Part shown: piece by piece, positions 10,909 through 25,212 of the stretch | How the letters are laid out: each line of letters begins with the position of its first letter | Numbering within the stretch: position 1 is the stretch's first letter | From: Antedon mediterranea | Lineage: Eukaryota; Animalia; Echinodermata | Reading direction: 5' to 3' | NCBI RefSeq assembly: GCF_964355755.1 | Contig: NC_092670.1 | Location: 31,918,388-31,982,387 of the forward strand | Length of the DNA stretch: 64,000 nucleotides | Program-made: the position numbers and the translations under genes | Notes under the pieces: generated by a model | What the model was told of the DNA's origin: nothing | What the model saw: only the letters and a program-made list of their open reading frames with translations | Database searches by the model: none

Positions 10909-13194
10909 TATTTTACCTTTTAAAATCTCTACTCAAAGCTTCCGTTTACACATGGATCCTGTTTAATTGACCACGTACATCCGAAAGTTAGACAACGTCT
11001 CTAAGGGGATTTGTATCTATATCTGCCGCAAAATGTCTGACTTTTAGGCAAATTATGGTTCGAGGTTAGCGATTTTAGATAAACCATCAGAGATTTGTGA
11101 CAACTTGCAATGTATGCATTTTTAAATGTCAATTTAATATCTGGTCATTATTATTTTATTCATTATGACTGATTTTTTTTACAGACAACAGTTGCGTTGT
11201 CTGGTAAACAGAAATCTGTAAATCCTGCTAAGTGACTATTAAAACGTATACATTTTTTGTTTAATAGGTTTTTATCCACTTTTTAATGAATTTAAGTACA
11301 GTATTTACCATGTGTTGTGTATATAAATCATTTGTTTGTTCATGTTTATGTTTTTTCCTTTGTATATTTTTAATCATTTTCATTTTACTTCGGCTTCAGT
11401 TTTTTGCATCCGTCTGTTCATATCCCACTTTTTTTTATATTTGTCCACAATATCTTCTTTTGTTTATCAATTAATTGTGTTTCCGCAGCCCTAACAAAAT
11501 TTATAATTAATTATATTTTTTAACCAATCATAATTATTTGAAAAATAAAGTGCGCATTCGGAGACATTATCGAACAATCAAGTGCCCAATCACAACGCAA
11601 CGATTTTCCTTCAGGTCAAAAGTTAAACATGATCGCATTTATCGATAATTTTCTGATTTGAATGAGATAATTATCGGTTAATTTTTCTCGAGCGGAATCG
11701 GTTAACCACCGTTTCTACAGGAATTCAGTTATTTATCGGTTAATTTTTATAGTTTAATATTAATTATAGGCTGCACCAACACGACCTTATTATTCGTTGC
11801 GTTTCGTTTATTAATGTTTGTTTGCCGAAAAACCCATTATTGTTCGTCGTTTTTTGTTCTTGTCTTTATTCGTTAGTCAGTATTTCGTTTGCTTGTCCGT
11901 TCGTACGTTTTGGCGATGAAAACAATCCTGAAGCGAAGCCAGAGCTACAGTATCACTACAACACAGGTTGTAATATTTTTTCGTACATCACGTTTCCAAA
12001 ATCGGTTCTTATCGATCGATCGATTACATGCGCAGCGCGATTTTTCGCTCCGCGCCTTTAGGCAGTTATATTCACGAGGACGGAAGCATTAGGAAACTGC
12101 ATCACGCGGAGGCTGAACAAATAGGAGAAGAGAGTCTATGAGACAGTCTGTGCAGACAGTATAGTCTGTAAGACATGTTAAATAAACATTGTTTTCGGTT
12201 TCGCTGTCAACGTGGGGTATAATTAATACCATCATTGAGTAATGGTCAAAACAATCCTTCCTCTGTGGTAAATATGTGTTGGTGTGTATATATGAAGAAT
12301 TGTTTGATTAGCGCGTACGTTTGTCGGCGGCTGGGGAAATTAGTAGACATTTTGTTTAGGGAATCTTTGGGTCATGTAAGTCACTACGACCTTTATAACG
12401 CCCCTACCTCGGAATATGAGGGCCTACTAGATCTACGTTTTTGTTCTGTACAGTAGGCCTAATACGTTGTTCATTTCTGACTATATTTACGTTACACAAA
12501 ATGTTTACTACTGATTGTTAAACAAAAATAATTGATAATAAATAATTTTTTCTTAAATTATTAAATATAATATTTAAACCGAGTAACCCGATGAACCGAA
12601 TCGAGGAACTCCTGTTTATTATTCATTTTTTCAGTATGATTTTATAATAAAAATAATTTATCTATTAAGGACACTGGTATTTACAAAATAGACCTAGTTA
12701 CATTTATCATATCATCTCTAAAGACAGAACTAAAGTCCATCTCCTGTACTTTCAATTTCTGTCTTTATCACTAATTTTTTTATGCACGCATGGCGTATTT
12801 TTTATTCATGGTTTACAGATTTCGTCAGCAAAAAATAAAGCTGACAATAAAATTGACATTTAAATGCGAATATGTACTAATAACTCATTGTATAATCCCA
12901 GATTGCTTAACATTTATATTTCTGGCAATGTTGTTATTATTTTCAAAAACAACAAGGGATTTGTATTATAATAAGTTAAATATGTATTCCAAATATTATT
13001 TAGTTCATCTTAAATGTTCATACCAATTTATGAAATCTGACAATCAAAAAACATTTAAGTACCGTATAACATATATTTGAGTCGTGGTGTAAGAAATATT
13101 TTCTTATATTAAACGCGGATAAGACCAACAAATTAATTTTTTGTTTTAGAAAGAAGATAAGTGTTATTAATAATATTGTATTAAACGACCAAAA

Positions 13195-13850
13195 GATAGA
13201 AAGTGTAAAAGAACATAAATATTAAGGAACAACGGTAGATTGTGAATTAAATTTGAATGCAAATACAGTCTGTAAATATTGTTTAAAAATCTAATCAACG
13301 ACTGTACCTTATCAGAAAGCTAAACTCTTTCAAAGTGAATATTGATGTACTTTTTTTTGTTTCACCAGAGTGTTATTCTTAGTGTTGTAACTTTCAACTG
13401 TGTTGTTTGGTACAATAGTCTGAGCGCTAATAATAAAAAGAAACTTAAGCGTACTATGAAAACTGCTAGTAAAATAATAGGAAGTAATGTTATTGACTCA
13501 GTTTACAGGCGCGATGTTATTAGTCACGTTAAGACAATAATGGAATATAACTCACCCGTTGAATGATAATATTTTGTTAATAAATCAGGTATAATTCGTC
13601 CTTTAATGTGCAATATACCACTCGATGTAGGAAATCATTTTTCCACAACTCTATACATGTTTCCAACTCAACATCTCAAAGATAGTTTGTTTTTTATTCC
13701 TGTAAACATAACTTTTTTACTAATATAGTTTTAATGTATTTTATTGATATTTTTAATGTTTTATATATTGTATGTGTTTTTAAGCATCAAGGAAAACAAA
13801 TTTCATGTTCGCCTTGTTGTGTTCATGACAATAAGGATTTATTTTATCTT
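13195..13850 (+). mobile_element. Decayed 3' fragment of a Rex1/Babar-type LINE
   Basis: Frameshifted translation: KY*GTTVD...QRLYLIRKLNSFKV...HQSVILSVVTFNCVVWYNSLSANNKKKLKRTMKTASKIIG, typical of the post-RT region of Rex1-like ORF2. 3' end CAAATTTC...GACAATAAGG. Confidence 0.65.
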
Positions 13851-15673
13851 TTATGTTCTTTGGCCTATCTAATAACAGAAGCTAGCAGACGGATGTATTT
13901 TTGGACACACTAAAAAAGCCCCTATTATGGACACTAAAACGCCCTACCCCATGGACTAATGAAGCTCCTATTATGTACAGATTTCAGTACCGATAAGCAG
14001 GCTACACAATATCATACAATATTACATTGTAAAGTGTAAGTGTTTAACTCATCTGTATAACGAGATGATTGTGGTAAAAAGGATCTGATCTACAATATAC
14101 TCGGGCTATGGTACGTAGCAGCTATATCTACAGTATGATAGTAAATGTATAATATACCATTACCTGGCCTTTTTTATGTACAATTCTATTCCATAAGTCA
14201 TACTGGTTTAATGTGTAATAATTTTTGTATATTTTACTTCATTATGATAATCATTTTTACATATTCCATTTATTGTAAGAAGTAAATCCTGCACCATTAT
14301 TGGTTATTAGTAATTTCAATTGTTTGGTGTCGTCACAATGTTACTGATCTGTCGTGAGGCACTCGTGTATTGCTTCTGTATATCTACAAATAGCGAAAGC
14401 ACTTACATTTGTTTATAAAACAAATTAAAACCATAATATTGTACCAATTATATTTATTTGAATTTACATGATATTTTTAACAACATAATATATATCTACA
14501 ATTTATTACTAAATTTAATACTATTAAAGTGCATTGTAAGTATTTTTGTATGTTTTCACATAATTACTAAAAGTGGAAATAAGTCTTTTTGCATATCAGC
14601 TCTTCAAATATGGAATTATTCGTCCTGTATCACAAATTTCTGAATTATTTTCATATCAGTTTAATTGATAATACTACGATATAGGATTTATACGTAATAC
14701 ATGTATGCCATTGCACGAAATATGTTTATCATACAGGACAATATATATATAGTAGATATAGTACAGAGAATCGGCTACGTGGTTCTAATACGTTGAGATA
14801 AGTTTTTATCATAACTTATTCTTCTGCTACCAGATGTAATCGATACCCAGCTCTATGCCGACGCGATAAACAATGTAAACAGTATTTTCTTCCTAAATCA
14901 TAATCATCATTATCATCACCATCATCATCGTCATTTTGATCACCATATTATCATCATCATACTTTAGCAAATTTAAAATGTTGTCACCCATTTACAAATA
15001 GCTAGGCGTAGTCATTGTCATAAATTGCTGTCTTAATTATATTATATTATTATTTTATAGCATCGTTGAACAATGTTGAATGATTTCCATGAAATATCAA
15101 TTTTCTTTCTGTTCTCAAGCTGTAATTCTGTAATTTAATTGTTTGTCAAAGCACGGTGACAATCTAAGGAATTCAGACACTTTTTTGTCTAGTTTGATAG
15201 TGTAGACAGAGCTTTAGATTGCCTTGGTCAAAGCATGAAAAACTTCACACTTTTAGTCCGTATAAGTCATAAGTCAAGAGTCAAATGATTGCACGTGGGA
15301 TTTAATTCCAAGTCTTACTATGATTGTTTTTACATGATAACAGAAGAACAGTAGAACATTACTGGCTTGCGATATCAATATTTTATTCATACATTTGAAA
15401 TAAATAAGTAGTGCATTCATGATGTGCCGTATTGTTTGTGACCAGTTTATTTTTGACATTCAATCAGAGAGCAACCTATTTTAAGCTTAAATAGCTTTAC
15501 AGATTGTAGAACATTTCTACAGTTATACTGTCTGGTATAAATTTTGTTATATTTTTTCTTTTGAAATAAACCTTTGATTTGATGTACTGTTTTATTTTAT
15601 ACTCATTGCTGATTAAATGAACGAAATCGTTCTAGCAACTTTGATATACTTCTGGAAATGTTGTGTTTGATCT

Positions 15674-18600
15674 TTAGACGAAATTGACAGGCAGCATCGT
15701 CTCCACGTATTCATCTGTTGCCTGCTTTATGATGTCCTCCGATCTACGTCTCCGGGAAGAACATGCATCATCTAGTTGGCGACATGCGGAGTTTGCACTG
15801 TTTCTCTTGCAAGTCACTGCATTGCATTTCACAATAACCTGATAATTAGTAAACATTAGAACAGTAATCATTAACATTGTAGGTTGCTATAATTCATAGT
15901 ATTCAATGGCAGATGCAAAATCAATATTACTAGTTTAATTTAATAATTTAAATCAGGTAAATGTATCATGTTAGTACAAAGTAGAAAGCGTCTATGTATA
16001 AGATATATAAGAAAGAAATGTTCTATTTTTATTAAAATAATAATAATCCGCATGTACATTATCAGTAAGATACGATTTTAATAAAGATATTTATTTTAGT
16101 ATTAAACTTTCTTCTTACATGGTCATCGTATCCAAAGTTAAGGAAGGCGAAGGCTGAGATTTTGAATCGTTCCTCGTTGGCGTCCGGGCTGTACTCCATA
16201 TTGATCGTATCATCAACTGGGCATCTGAAAGAAAGAAATTGATGAATATTAACTAGCAACTATCAGAATATTTTGTTCGTACTCTGGTTTAGTATGAAAA
16301 GCATAGAAAAAATGTTAGGTTTGGAAACAAAAAAAGTGTTACTGCGTAAGGAGAAACAATGATTTGGTCCTTAATGGTCTATTTAAAGAAATACATACAA
16401 TTCCTTTTAAAAGATTTCTAAAAACATATAGATAATTTTAATAAATAAAACAACTTTGAATAGACACGATTCTTATATTGTTATATATCTTTTTCTATTT
16501 GGATCACTGCTTATCAATATGCAATATTGTATTATGTGATTGATTTATAATGTTATTATGATACTACTGTACTCATCATAATGACTGACAATATGTAATA
16601 TTATGTATATAATAATAATATATTAATTTTTATTTTCATTTGATTTTTAATGTAACTCATTTCATAATATTTTTTATATTTAATTTATGTATTGTTTTAC
16701 TAACTAATTTGCTAACTTAGTTTAAAAAATATTGTTGTGTTTACATTGGAGAAAGTGCAGTTAATTATGTTCAGGCCAATGCCTATTGCTTGCTCCTGGC
16801 AAGATTGTGCTTGACATAGCATTATATGATATATATATATATATATAATTGCAACATACCCGTCTGTAATAAACTCATATTTGGCATCATATTTGCTGCA
16901 GGTTCTTTGCCTAGCAAATGCAAAACACTTCAGAATCCGAAGCTCCTTTGAACTATCGACACTCTTGACAGAAAAATAGAGGGAGTCGTTAAGAGCGACT
17001 TGTGTATTGGCCCTTGTAGGATAAGCGGAGCTGTATAGCCGGTCTTTATAGAGTGTCAGTTTAGACTTCATTCGTCCAATACCCCTGTGCTTTGTTGGCT
17101 TAATGACGGTGTCTGGATCGTAGAAGATATCAGCAACACCAATTCCAGTAATAATGCATTTGATCTTCATCTCAAATCGTCGCTTCTTTCTTGAGATTGG
17201 CAAGTCTGGTTTGTATGGTTCTGGATCGTCTCTAAGTGTGTTGTAGAACCTTGTTTGTTTTGTTCCTTTGTTCTAAACAAAAATATAAACTCTTTTATTC
17301 ATTACTTTAACACATAAGTTCTACTGTTATGTTTCCTGAACGAAGTATACTTAGCGTATACGCATGCGCAGTTTAACGTTTAGTAAAAAGTATACCGTCC
17401 CGATGCGAAAGCTTTCTAGTATTATTGCACGTACAGTAATGTTGGATAGTCGAAATGAAATTTTGTAAATATACCTTGATAAGAGTACCACATTCGTGAT
17501 ATCCGAAGTTGATTACCATGTATGTATCGTTAAGAGGTTTAGCCTTGCATCGTGGATCATGAAGGTGGAATTTGGATGCTGGCATGTCCTCAACCAAATG
17601 TGTTGGCATGTAAAAAGTGATCTCGTGGTCTCCACAATCAACATATGGCTCTGGTGCTTTAGCTGAAATTAAAATTTATAATATTAAACATTCGGTTATT
17701 TAATAATTTCCAAGTAGTGATACGTAACCCCATTGTCTCGCTTTAGTTATATAACAGCTAACCTCTGACATTAACATTCTCTCGATAACCATTTTTAAGT
17801 TTAGAAAAAGAGAACTTACGAGTTGAAAAGAACAATGCCGCTTCATCACTATCTTTGGTAGCACTCTTGAAGCAAGCGTCGTTCACACTAACTTCTCCGA
17901 AACCCCTCTCTACTTCCATGTAGTACATTTGTCCTGGCTTCAAGTTATGTGGTGCTTGGAAGTATACAGTGTTTGTTTTTTTCTTCTCAAATCTAACTTG
18001 TTTTGTTTTAGAGGCATCGTATGAAGCGATGTTTTTTCGGGTTTGCACGTCTATGACATTAATCCTCTTTGCCTTCTTTGGTCTAGAAACCTAAAAATCA
18101 TTTGACAAGATTATATATTATATATTTTTTGGGGTTAAAAACAAGTTCAGCTAGAAAGCATCATAAAATAATCTTTGTCACTCTAATTTCCAGGAGATGT
18201 AGGCCTAGTTACTCTTAAAAATGTACGGTAATTTAAATTGTGTCCTACCGGATTATCAAATGTTATTTGCCATTCTTCTCTTTCTTCATCCAATGGTTCC
18301 ATCACATTGGGGTAAGACAACTCTGGCATTACTTTTGGTGTTTGGAGGTCCTCTAGTGTTTTTTTCTCTTCCACAGTAACAACAATACGCCCAGTCTTTG
18401 GATCGTTCTGTACGCTGTATAAACAGTTTTTTTATGTTAATACTTGTTATACTATTGCAATCGGAAATTCTTAGAAACCTAGAGAGAGCCAATGGATCAG
18501 TAGGTTTGTCTAGTATACTAAGCTGGCTAAAAAGTAAGGAACAAAGTAAATAAACATAGGCGTGCGTGACTGAGTCAACCCATTGAGGAGTTAGTTTGCG

Positions 18601-21600
18601 GAAGTGACGCAGTGATTTATTAAAGTTAGACTTACCCATTGTCATCCGTAGCTGTGAAACTGAAAGCGTATGTTCCTAATACATTTGCAGAGAATGTGAC
18701 GATGGCTTCTACTCTGGTTGATGGTGGATATTTGATGTATTCGAACGTCATTTCATCGGGCCAGCTCCCTTGGATTTCAGTAATACTTAAAGATACAAAA
18801 CATATCACATTTAATTCTTGTCATTTTGTTTGGTTGATTTTGTATCACGCAGCATATTATTAATGTCTTTTTATTCAATGATAAATAGTTTCCTTTCAGT
18901 GACCATGGCGTTATTTTTATGGTACATTGTAACTCATTAATGTATAAATTATACTACTATAGTAATGGAAATCAGTTTAGTGCCATCTATTGCCTGGTAA
19001 TTTTCGGTACCGTATCGCCTATTTTTTTTTTTTCACATACTGTCTTTAAAGAATATGAATGATATGTTAACTTACATGTTTCCATCGCTTTCTGGTGGAA
19101 TTGTGGCAATTACCTTTCCTCTGTATTTTTCACCTGGTGCAATAACGGTGCACTCGTCAACTTCAATATGAGGACCAACACAAGATCCAGCTGTAAAAAA
19201 TAACATTACTTATTAGATGTTAGTGTTTTACTGAATGGATGAAGAAACACGACATTATATTAATGTAATTACTACTTTATTTGTTTTTTTTTTAGTCACT
19301 GAAGCCCATTTTATACTTTTCACAGATTCGCCAACAATCCCATATTATTCTGATGGTTTGCGCATTTATCATTAAATAAAACGAACATTTAAGTGTATGT
19401 ATACATGTAAACAAGAATAATATTTATACTTCAGAAGAAAAGAAGAAGAAGGAAGATGTTCTACTAAAATTGAAATCTGAATTTTGGTTGAGAAATTCGC
19501 GTTCGTTAGAGTAATGGTACGGTATGACAGTTAACACTACTTACGTTGTGTAACGTCCAAAAGGAATTGGTATGGGACTGTACTCTTGGCAACTTTGCTC
19601 TTTGGTGTTGAGAAATCTTCAATCATGACGGAAGCACCGTACCAGCCTGGAAGGTCATCTTCACCAGTTTCAAATTGGATGGTACATTTTTCCTTTTATA
19701 CAAAAATGTTGTCTCATAATACACGATTTTATCATAAAGAATTCTATATTTCATTTTATCCATGTTTTTATTTTATGTGCAATAATATATTGACTTTACC
19801 TCATCTAAAAATGTGATTTCTGTTGGCTGATCGCAGACTGGAGTGTTATCATTACCATCACGTGGAGATGGACACTCATTCAGTCTAGTTGAAGCCCATC
19901 GACATCTGATTGTATCTGTGATGTCAGGATCAGTTGCTATGAAGTAGAAAGACACAACATGTATTTGTAATTCAACAATATTGAATACACAGATTACCAA
20001 TTGTCATAAACGGTTACAAGAAAGCCTGATCCACATGAAACTTTATCTAACTTTTGTTTGCAAACTGCGAGTTCGCCACTTTTTAGATAAGTATTTGGTA
20101 CCTGTCTATAGTAATTATTCGATGCTGTCATTTTGGCCATCTCCAGGATCACATGATTAAAAGACTGTTATTTGATTCGCTGAGTTTAAAAACTTCAGCA
20201 AACTAGTTTTTCAACTTCCGCACACTGATGTTTTGTTTAAGTTTGCCAACTGGCAGTTGCCTTTCTAAGCACCAGAGTTTATGTAGATTTGCTTATTTGT
20301 ATACTTATTATTCAATGTGTTTTCTGAGAGTTGACTGCATTTTGTTTTTTGTAGTCTTTAATAAAAAATATTTGTATGTTAATACTTACGACTTAGATCA
20401 ATGAGTCGCCTGCAACCTTGTCGAACTCTGTAGACTGGAAGACCAGCTGTTATTCTAGGTGAATTGTTTTCAATTGATGTATCAACATCTGTAAGGAGAG
20501 ACCAACAGCGACCTGGTCCATAGTTTTCTAATTTTACCCAACTACTGTCGGAGCAATGTGCTGTCGTGTGGTAGCTGTTGATTAAAGTGAAGTGCATTTA
20601 ATAAATACAAATGAGACGAAAGAAAACAACATTTTTTCCAAATGTGTCAACATTGCAAAGTTCATATAAATACCTGTATTAATAATATAAAATCATATTT
20701 CAGGATTACAGTAAAGTTGACTATGGTCTAATCGGCTTGTTGGATTTAAATTAACTTAACTCGTATTCATGTTTGATTCATTGGCGGAAATGATTGTGAA
20801 TTTAACTTACATCATTTGAAAGATTGGGCTATCTGCTTCGTAGACAATAGAACCCTTTAGGATACTCCAATGCATCTCCTGACTGATGGAGGCGCACTCC
20901 ATGTCGAGCGGAGTCATGATGGTGGTGTTTCGTTGACAGTCATTGCATTCGAGAGCCAATAAGGTCTCAGCAATCAAGTCTTGGCCAATTTGTGTACAGT
21001 AGTATTCTGGATAGTAACCGATCAATTGGAAGGCCATTCGCCAGTAAACCTTGATCTGTTTAGTTGATAAAATGTTGTAATATTATTATAAGTAAAATCT
21101 CAATATGAGATCTTATGCCATAAATAATAAACTAAACCAATAATCCAATGTCCATTTTGTTCGTGTAAGTTCTCATGAAATAGACTTTGTAATATCTCTA
21201 GTACAGCGGACGTTAATGCCAGTTAGATGTACTGTAACATAAAGTTATACAATGTGTCCCTATATAGGAATTGGCTGCAGTTGTAAAGCATGTCTCCGGG
21301 TTCGTTTTATACTAAAGTGTCTTTGAATGGGGTTCCCTAAAGGAGGTATTGTGTATTATACTGGATGCGCGAGTTTACACATTGGCTGCAGTGCTAAATG
21401 CTGCCACAGACAATTAAATACGATATGACACATGGTACGACCTGGTATTGACATATGAATTTAATAATAGCAAATATCTATCCGAGTAAAATTCAAATGT
21501 TACTGCATACAAGCGTTTACACATACGATAATATTCATTTAGCATATGTTTGAGTAAAAATGTATTAAAATATCAACGAATTCTTACCTTTGATTCATCA

Positions 21601-21692
21601 ATTTTCTCCCAGTAAAACGTTCCACCTCGGTAATGAGTAGCGGCTACCACCTGAAGCAACACCACCGCGCTTACTAAAGTTATCAACCTCAT
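15674..21692 (-). CDS. Secreted ZP-domain protein, paralogue B (same architecture as A), 797 aa, 13 coding exons
   Basis: Exons, all GT-AG and phase-compatible: 21692-21588, 21055-20811, 20574-20390, 19936-19800, 19692-19545, 19190-19076, 18785-18636, 18414-18249, 18090-17820, 17662-17475, 17272-16860, 16224-16119, 15838-15674 (2394 nt). Starts MRLITLVSAVVLLQVVAA|THYRGGTFYW. ZP motifs: VDCGDHEITFYMP, FITDGCPVDDTI, RFKISAFAF, VKCNAVTC, furin RRRR. Confidence 0.88.
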
Positions 21693-22568
21693 TTTGTTGA
21701 TATTAAATCTCCTATCAAACAGAATGTTTAAATAGATAAGTATAATATAAATTGAACAATTTCGTAGTGCTATTCACCCGTACTAAGATAACACTAAATA
21801 GTTTAGAAAGTATACTTTCGCATCTTGTTTCTAAATACACGATTGACTTTTGTTGAGTTGTGATCTAACAAGTAAACGAATTCATATTTTAAAAAGTCTG
21901 TGTATTTATGACTTATATATCAAAATGCGTTGGGGGCGTGGTAGTGTTGTGGAAATGATTCTTTCAAATTAAGCTAGCGAATGGGATTCATTTTAAGATT
22001 CGGGTAAGTGATCTTGTCGAGACTGTCAGCGGAAACCTTGCCACACTATACTCTACAATCCTTTTCATTAATATCGGAAGTTGTTAAAGCTTTATGAATT
22101 AGCAGACATTGGCGCTCGAATATAAACTACAGCGGTAAAATGAATTTAGAAATTTAATATTAAACCGTGATCAACGCAATATCGCCTAATAAAATGAAAT
22201 TGGAGTTGGAATGAACTATCTCTTGCATGGCATGTTGTTAGTTGATAATTCGATTTCTGTTCTAATTAATAGTATAGTATTAGTCGGTTTGACTTGCTTT
22301 TCTAATAGGCCTGATAATATCTGATTAATTCATGGTTCTTTGAAGTAGGCCTATAATAGATAGATATTGTTTTTATACATATACTAAGAATATTGTTTTG
22401 TCTGTCAATGAACAATTTAAATGTTTCTAAATTTATGTTAAAGTTAAGTTAATAATAGCACTTAATTGTTGTCGTAATTACTATTAATTAAATTAAACCG
22501 AAAATCAATGCGATTAAAGTATCTTTTTGTAATCGAATGAAATATTAGAATCATAAATGTAAACTTAC

Positions 22569-22642
22569 CTCTAATTAGAATGATTTCCCCTCTCCAACGA
22601 TAAGGATGGAATGACATAAAAATCAGCCCTATCGCTTTTATA
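22569..22642 (-). promoter_or_regulatory. Core promoter and non-coding exon 1 of paralogue B
   Basis: Minus-strand TATAAAAG at 22642-22635, initiator-like TCATTC with its A at 22612 (30 nt downstream of the TATA start), GTAAG donor at 22568-22564. Confidence 0.62.
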
Positions 22643-23915
22643 TCAAGAGTTGTTAAATCTCTCCACCTGCGGTCGGTTTCAAGCCACGTCCATTAAACGT
22701 AACAAAATCAGAGGGATTTATTTAATGGATTTCCATTAAAAACAATCACACAGATTGCCTCTGAACCATTGGGAATAAAGAGGATGCGATGTAGTACAAA
22801 ACAGTCCCGTATTGGATAGTGTTTTTGCCAAATGTCTTTTTTGAAATGTCAATGGTGATTTTCCAAATGTTTTTTTGCCAACTTCAAAACACGATGATGA
22901 ATGTAATGACATTTTAAATTTCCGGAAAGTTACACTAAACATTTGAAAAGTTTTGTAAGTAGTGACAACATGCAATCAAAGTTGATATCAAAAAGTACCA
23001 TTTTCCCGATAGATTTGAGCCTGTCTATTTTCACTCAATTTACATTATTTTTAGACCTTTACTCTTTTAAATTATATTAAATAAACGATGTGTCAGACAT
23101 TTTAATCCTAGAACAAAATCAGTTATTCGAGATAAGATTTTGTAATAACCAACTCACTTTGTTCACTCGATACTCGTATTTATCTCTACAAGACAAGAAG
23201 AAATTCAACAAATCCCCTGCATTCATTAACAGCAAACATCACGCCACTCCCCCTTTAAGGGCTATATGAAATGTATGTATTCCTAACTTATAATTTGAAT
23301 AATAATTTGTTTAATTAGTGCTGACATAATAATGATTTTAACCTTATTGTTATTCTAAGGAAACAAAAAAAGACAAACTTTCTCAACCTGTTATACTTGC
23401 AGTAGTGTCAGTATTACTGAATATACGGGATAAAATACAAACGAAAACGTGGCTTACATAATAATTAGACATCTGTACACTGCAGATTAACGCGTACTGA
23501 TATGCAAATGATTTAGGCCTACACGGTTAGAAACACAACATTATTTTACAATAATATGTTAGTATATCTTAATTTCTAAGTTCAGCAATTGTCCTCTGCA
23601 TGCATAATTTCCGGAACCACATTCAGGATTTTAATTACATGTAATTTTGTTTGTCTTTTTTATAAGTGAAATCATTAATGTTTTGTTTTTTCCGGAAAAG
23701 TAAAAAGTAAATTTATTAAAACTAGAAAGTGTTACTAATCTTATTGTTCATGTTTTTGGAAGAAATACAACTTTAAATTATGTATGTTATTTGTGGCATT
23801 TCATACGATCACCAAGATTAAATTCATACGATGTATTATTTTGTTAAGGAATAATAATATAAAAGAATACTGTACTAGTATAAATAGTTTTGTTTGTACA
23901 TAAGTTATTAATTAA

Positions 23916-24212
23916 AGATATATTTTCCCCCAGAATATTTTTACATGTTTTTTTTTAATATTATTGTCACAAAATAGTTATTCACCTTCACCAAAAATTC
24001 GATCACATAAAAAAAAAACATTTTATCTAAAAAAAATGTAATTGAAAGCAAAAAATAGTCAAAATTGACTGGAAGTTAAGAGGATTTGGTTGAATTTAAC
24101 CGTTTATTTTGTAATTGTAATCATTTATTTCTATGGAAGTTTGTTAAACCTACATAATGATCTATTCAAAGTCTGATTTTATTAATCTTTATTTTTGTGA
24201 GACAATACATCT
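23916..24212. mobile_element. Kolobok-like MITE with TTAA target site
   Basis: TTAA|AGATATATTTTCCCC ... GAGACAATACATCT|TTAA. Internal blocks are shared with the copy at 56413-56737. Confidence 0.6.
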
Positions 24213-25212
24213 TTAATGTTTGCCACGTACCTAGTACATTTTTTTTCTTTTTGCTATATTTAGATACCTTCAGTACCTTGACACGTCACCTGTCAATTGG
24301 CAGTTTATTTTTTTCCATCTTTTAGTTCAGAATATGTATTTTTATATATTTATTTTTTTAATCTATCAAGCATAGCTATCCCTTTTCTTCCTCTTCTTGT
24401 TGTACCTTCATATCTTCTTTCTATCACGAATTTCAATGTCTTAATTTCTTAAATCAATGTCCAATCCATTGCCATGTCAATCAATATTTCCTTAATTCTT
24501 CTGTGTTGGGTTTATTAGATTTTTAATATTTTTGTCCAGCACCACAGGTCAATTTTGTTTACAAAATCATTTATTTTGAAGTTTCAAAAATAAAACACTC
24601 AAGTATAAAAAGTCAATATTTACACTATGAAACCCTTTAATGATGAATAGAATTAAAAAGCTAATTTATGAAACGAATATATACCAATTACATTATGAAT
24701 ACTGTATACAAAAAATAACATCATATTTAAATCTACAACATTATCTCTTCATTTAATCATTTCTGTCATTATTCTTTAAAATATCATGTTTGAAAATATA
24801 AAAAAATTGAACATTATTATTTAAAACAAAACCGCGAAAATTATTCTTAAATTTAGAATTAGAAGCAAAATTAAGATTTCCTGTATTGTACTCATACAAA
24901 AGATAAGTTTGTTGTATTGTTAAGCAAATTATATTTTTTGACATGTTTTGTGATGTGAAATTAGCCTGTACTTCCTTTCATTTCCTATCTATAACAACTC
25001 AATTAAATGTAAGGCCTATGGATGCTATGTATCAATATCAAGTTGTCACGCTTTTCCCGGATCAATATGAATTACATTTAATAATTTAATTTAATCTAAT
25101 ATATATAATAGTGTAGAGATTTTATAGTTTCGTATAGAAAAAATTTGTTCTGTTTTAGATGCTGTTGCAGTTGCCGGTAGGAATGAAGAATATGTTAATT
25201 TGATCTGCTTAT

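Noticed and set aside
11718-12614. Possible hAT-like element (CAGGAATTC ... GAACTCCTG with ATCGGTT/AACCGA repeats)
   Set aside because: The TIR is short and imperfect and no target duplication was found; not supportable.
14560-14640. LINE-like peptide TKSGNKSFCISALQIWN
   Set aside because: Too short and degenerate to call beyond a possible ancient LINE remnant.
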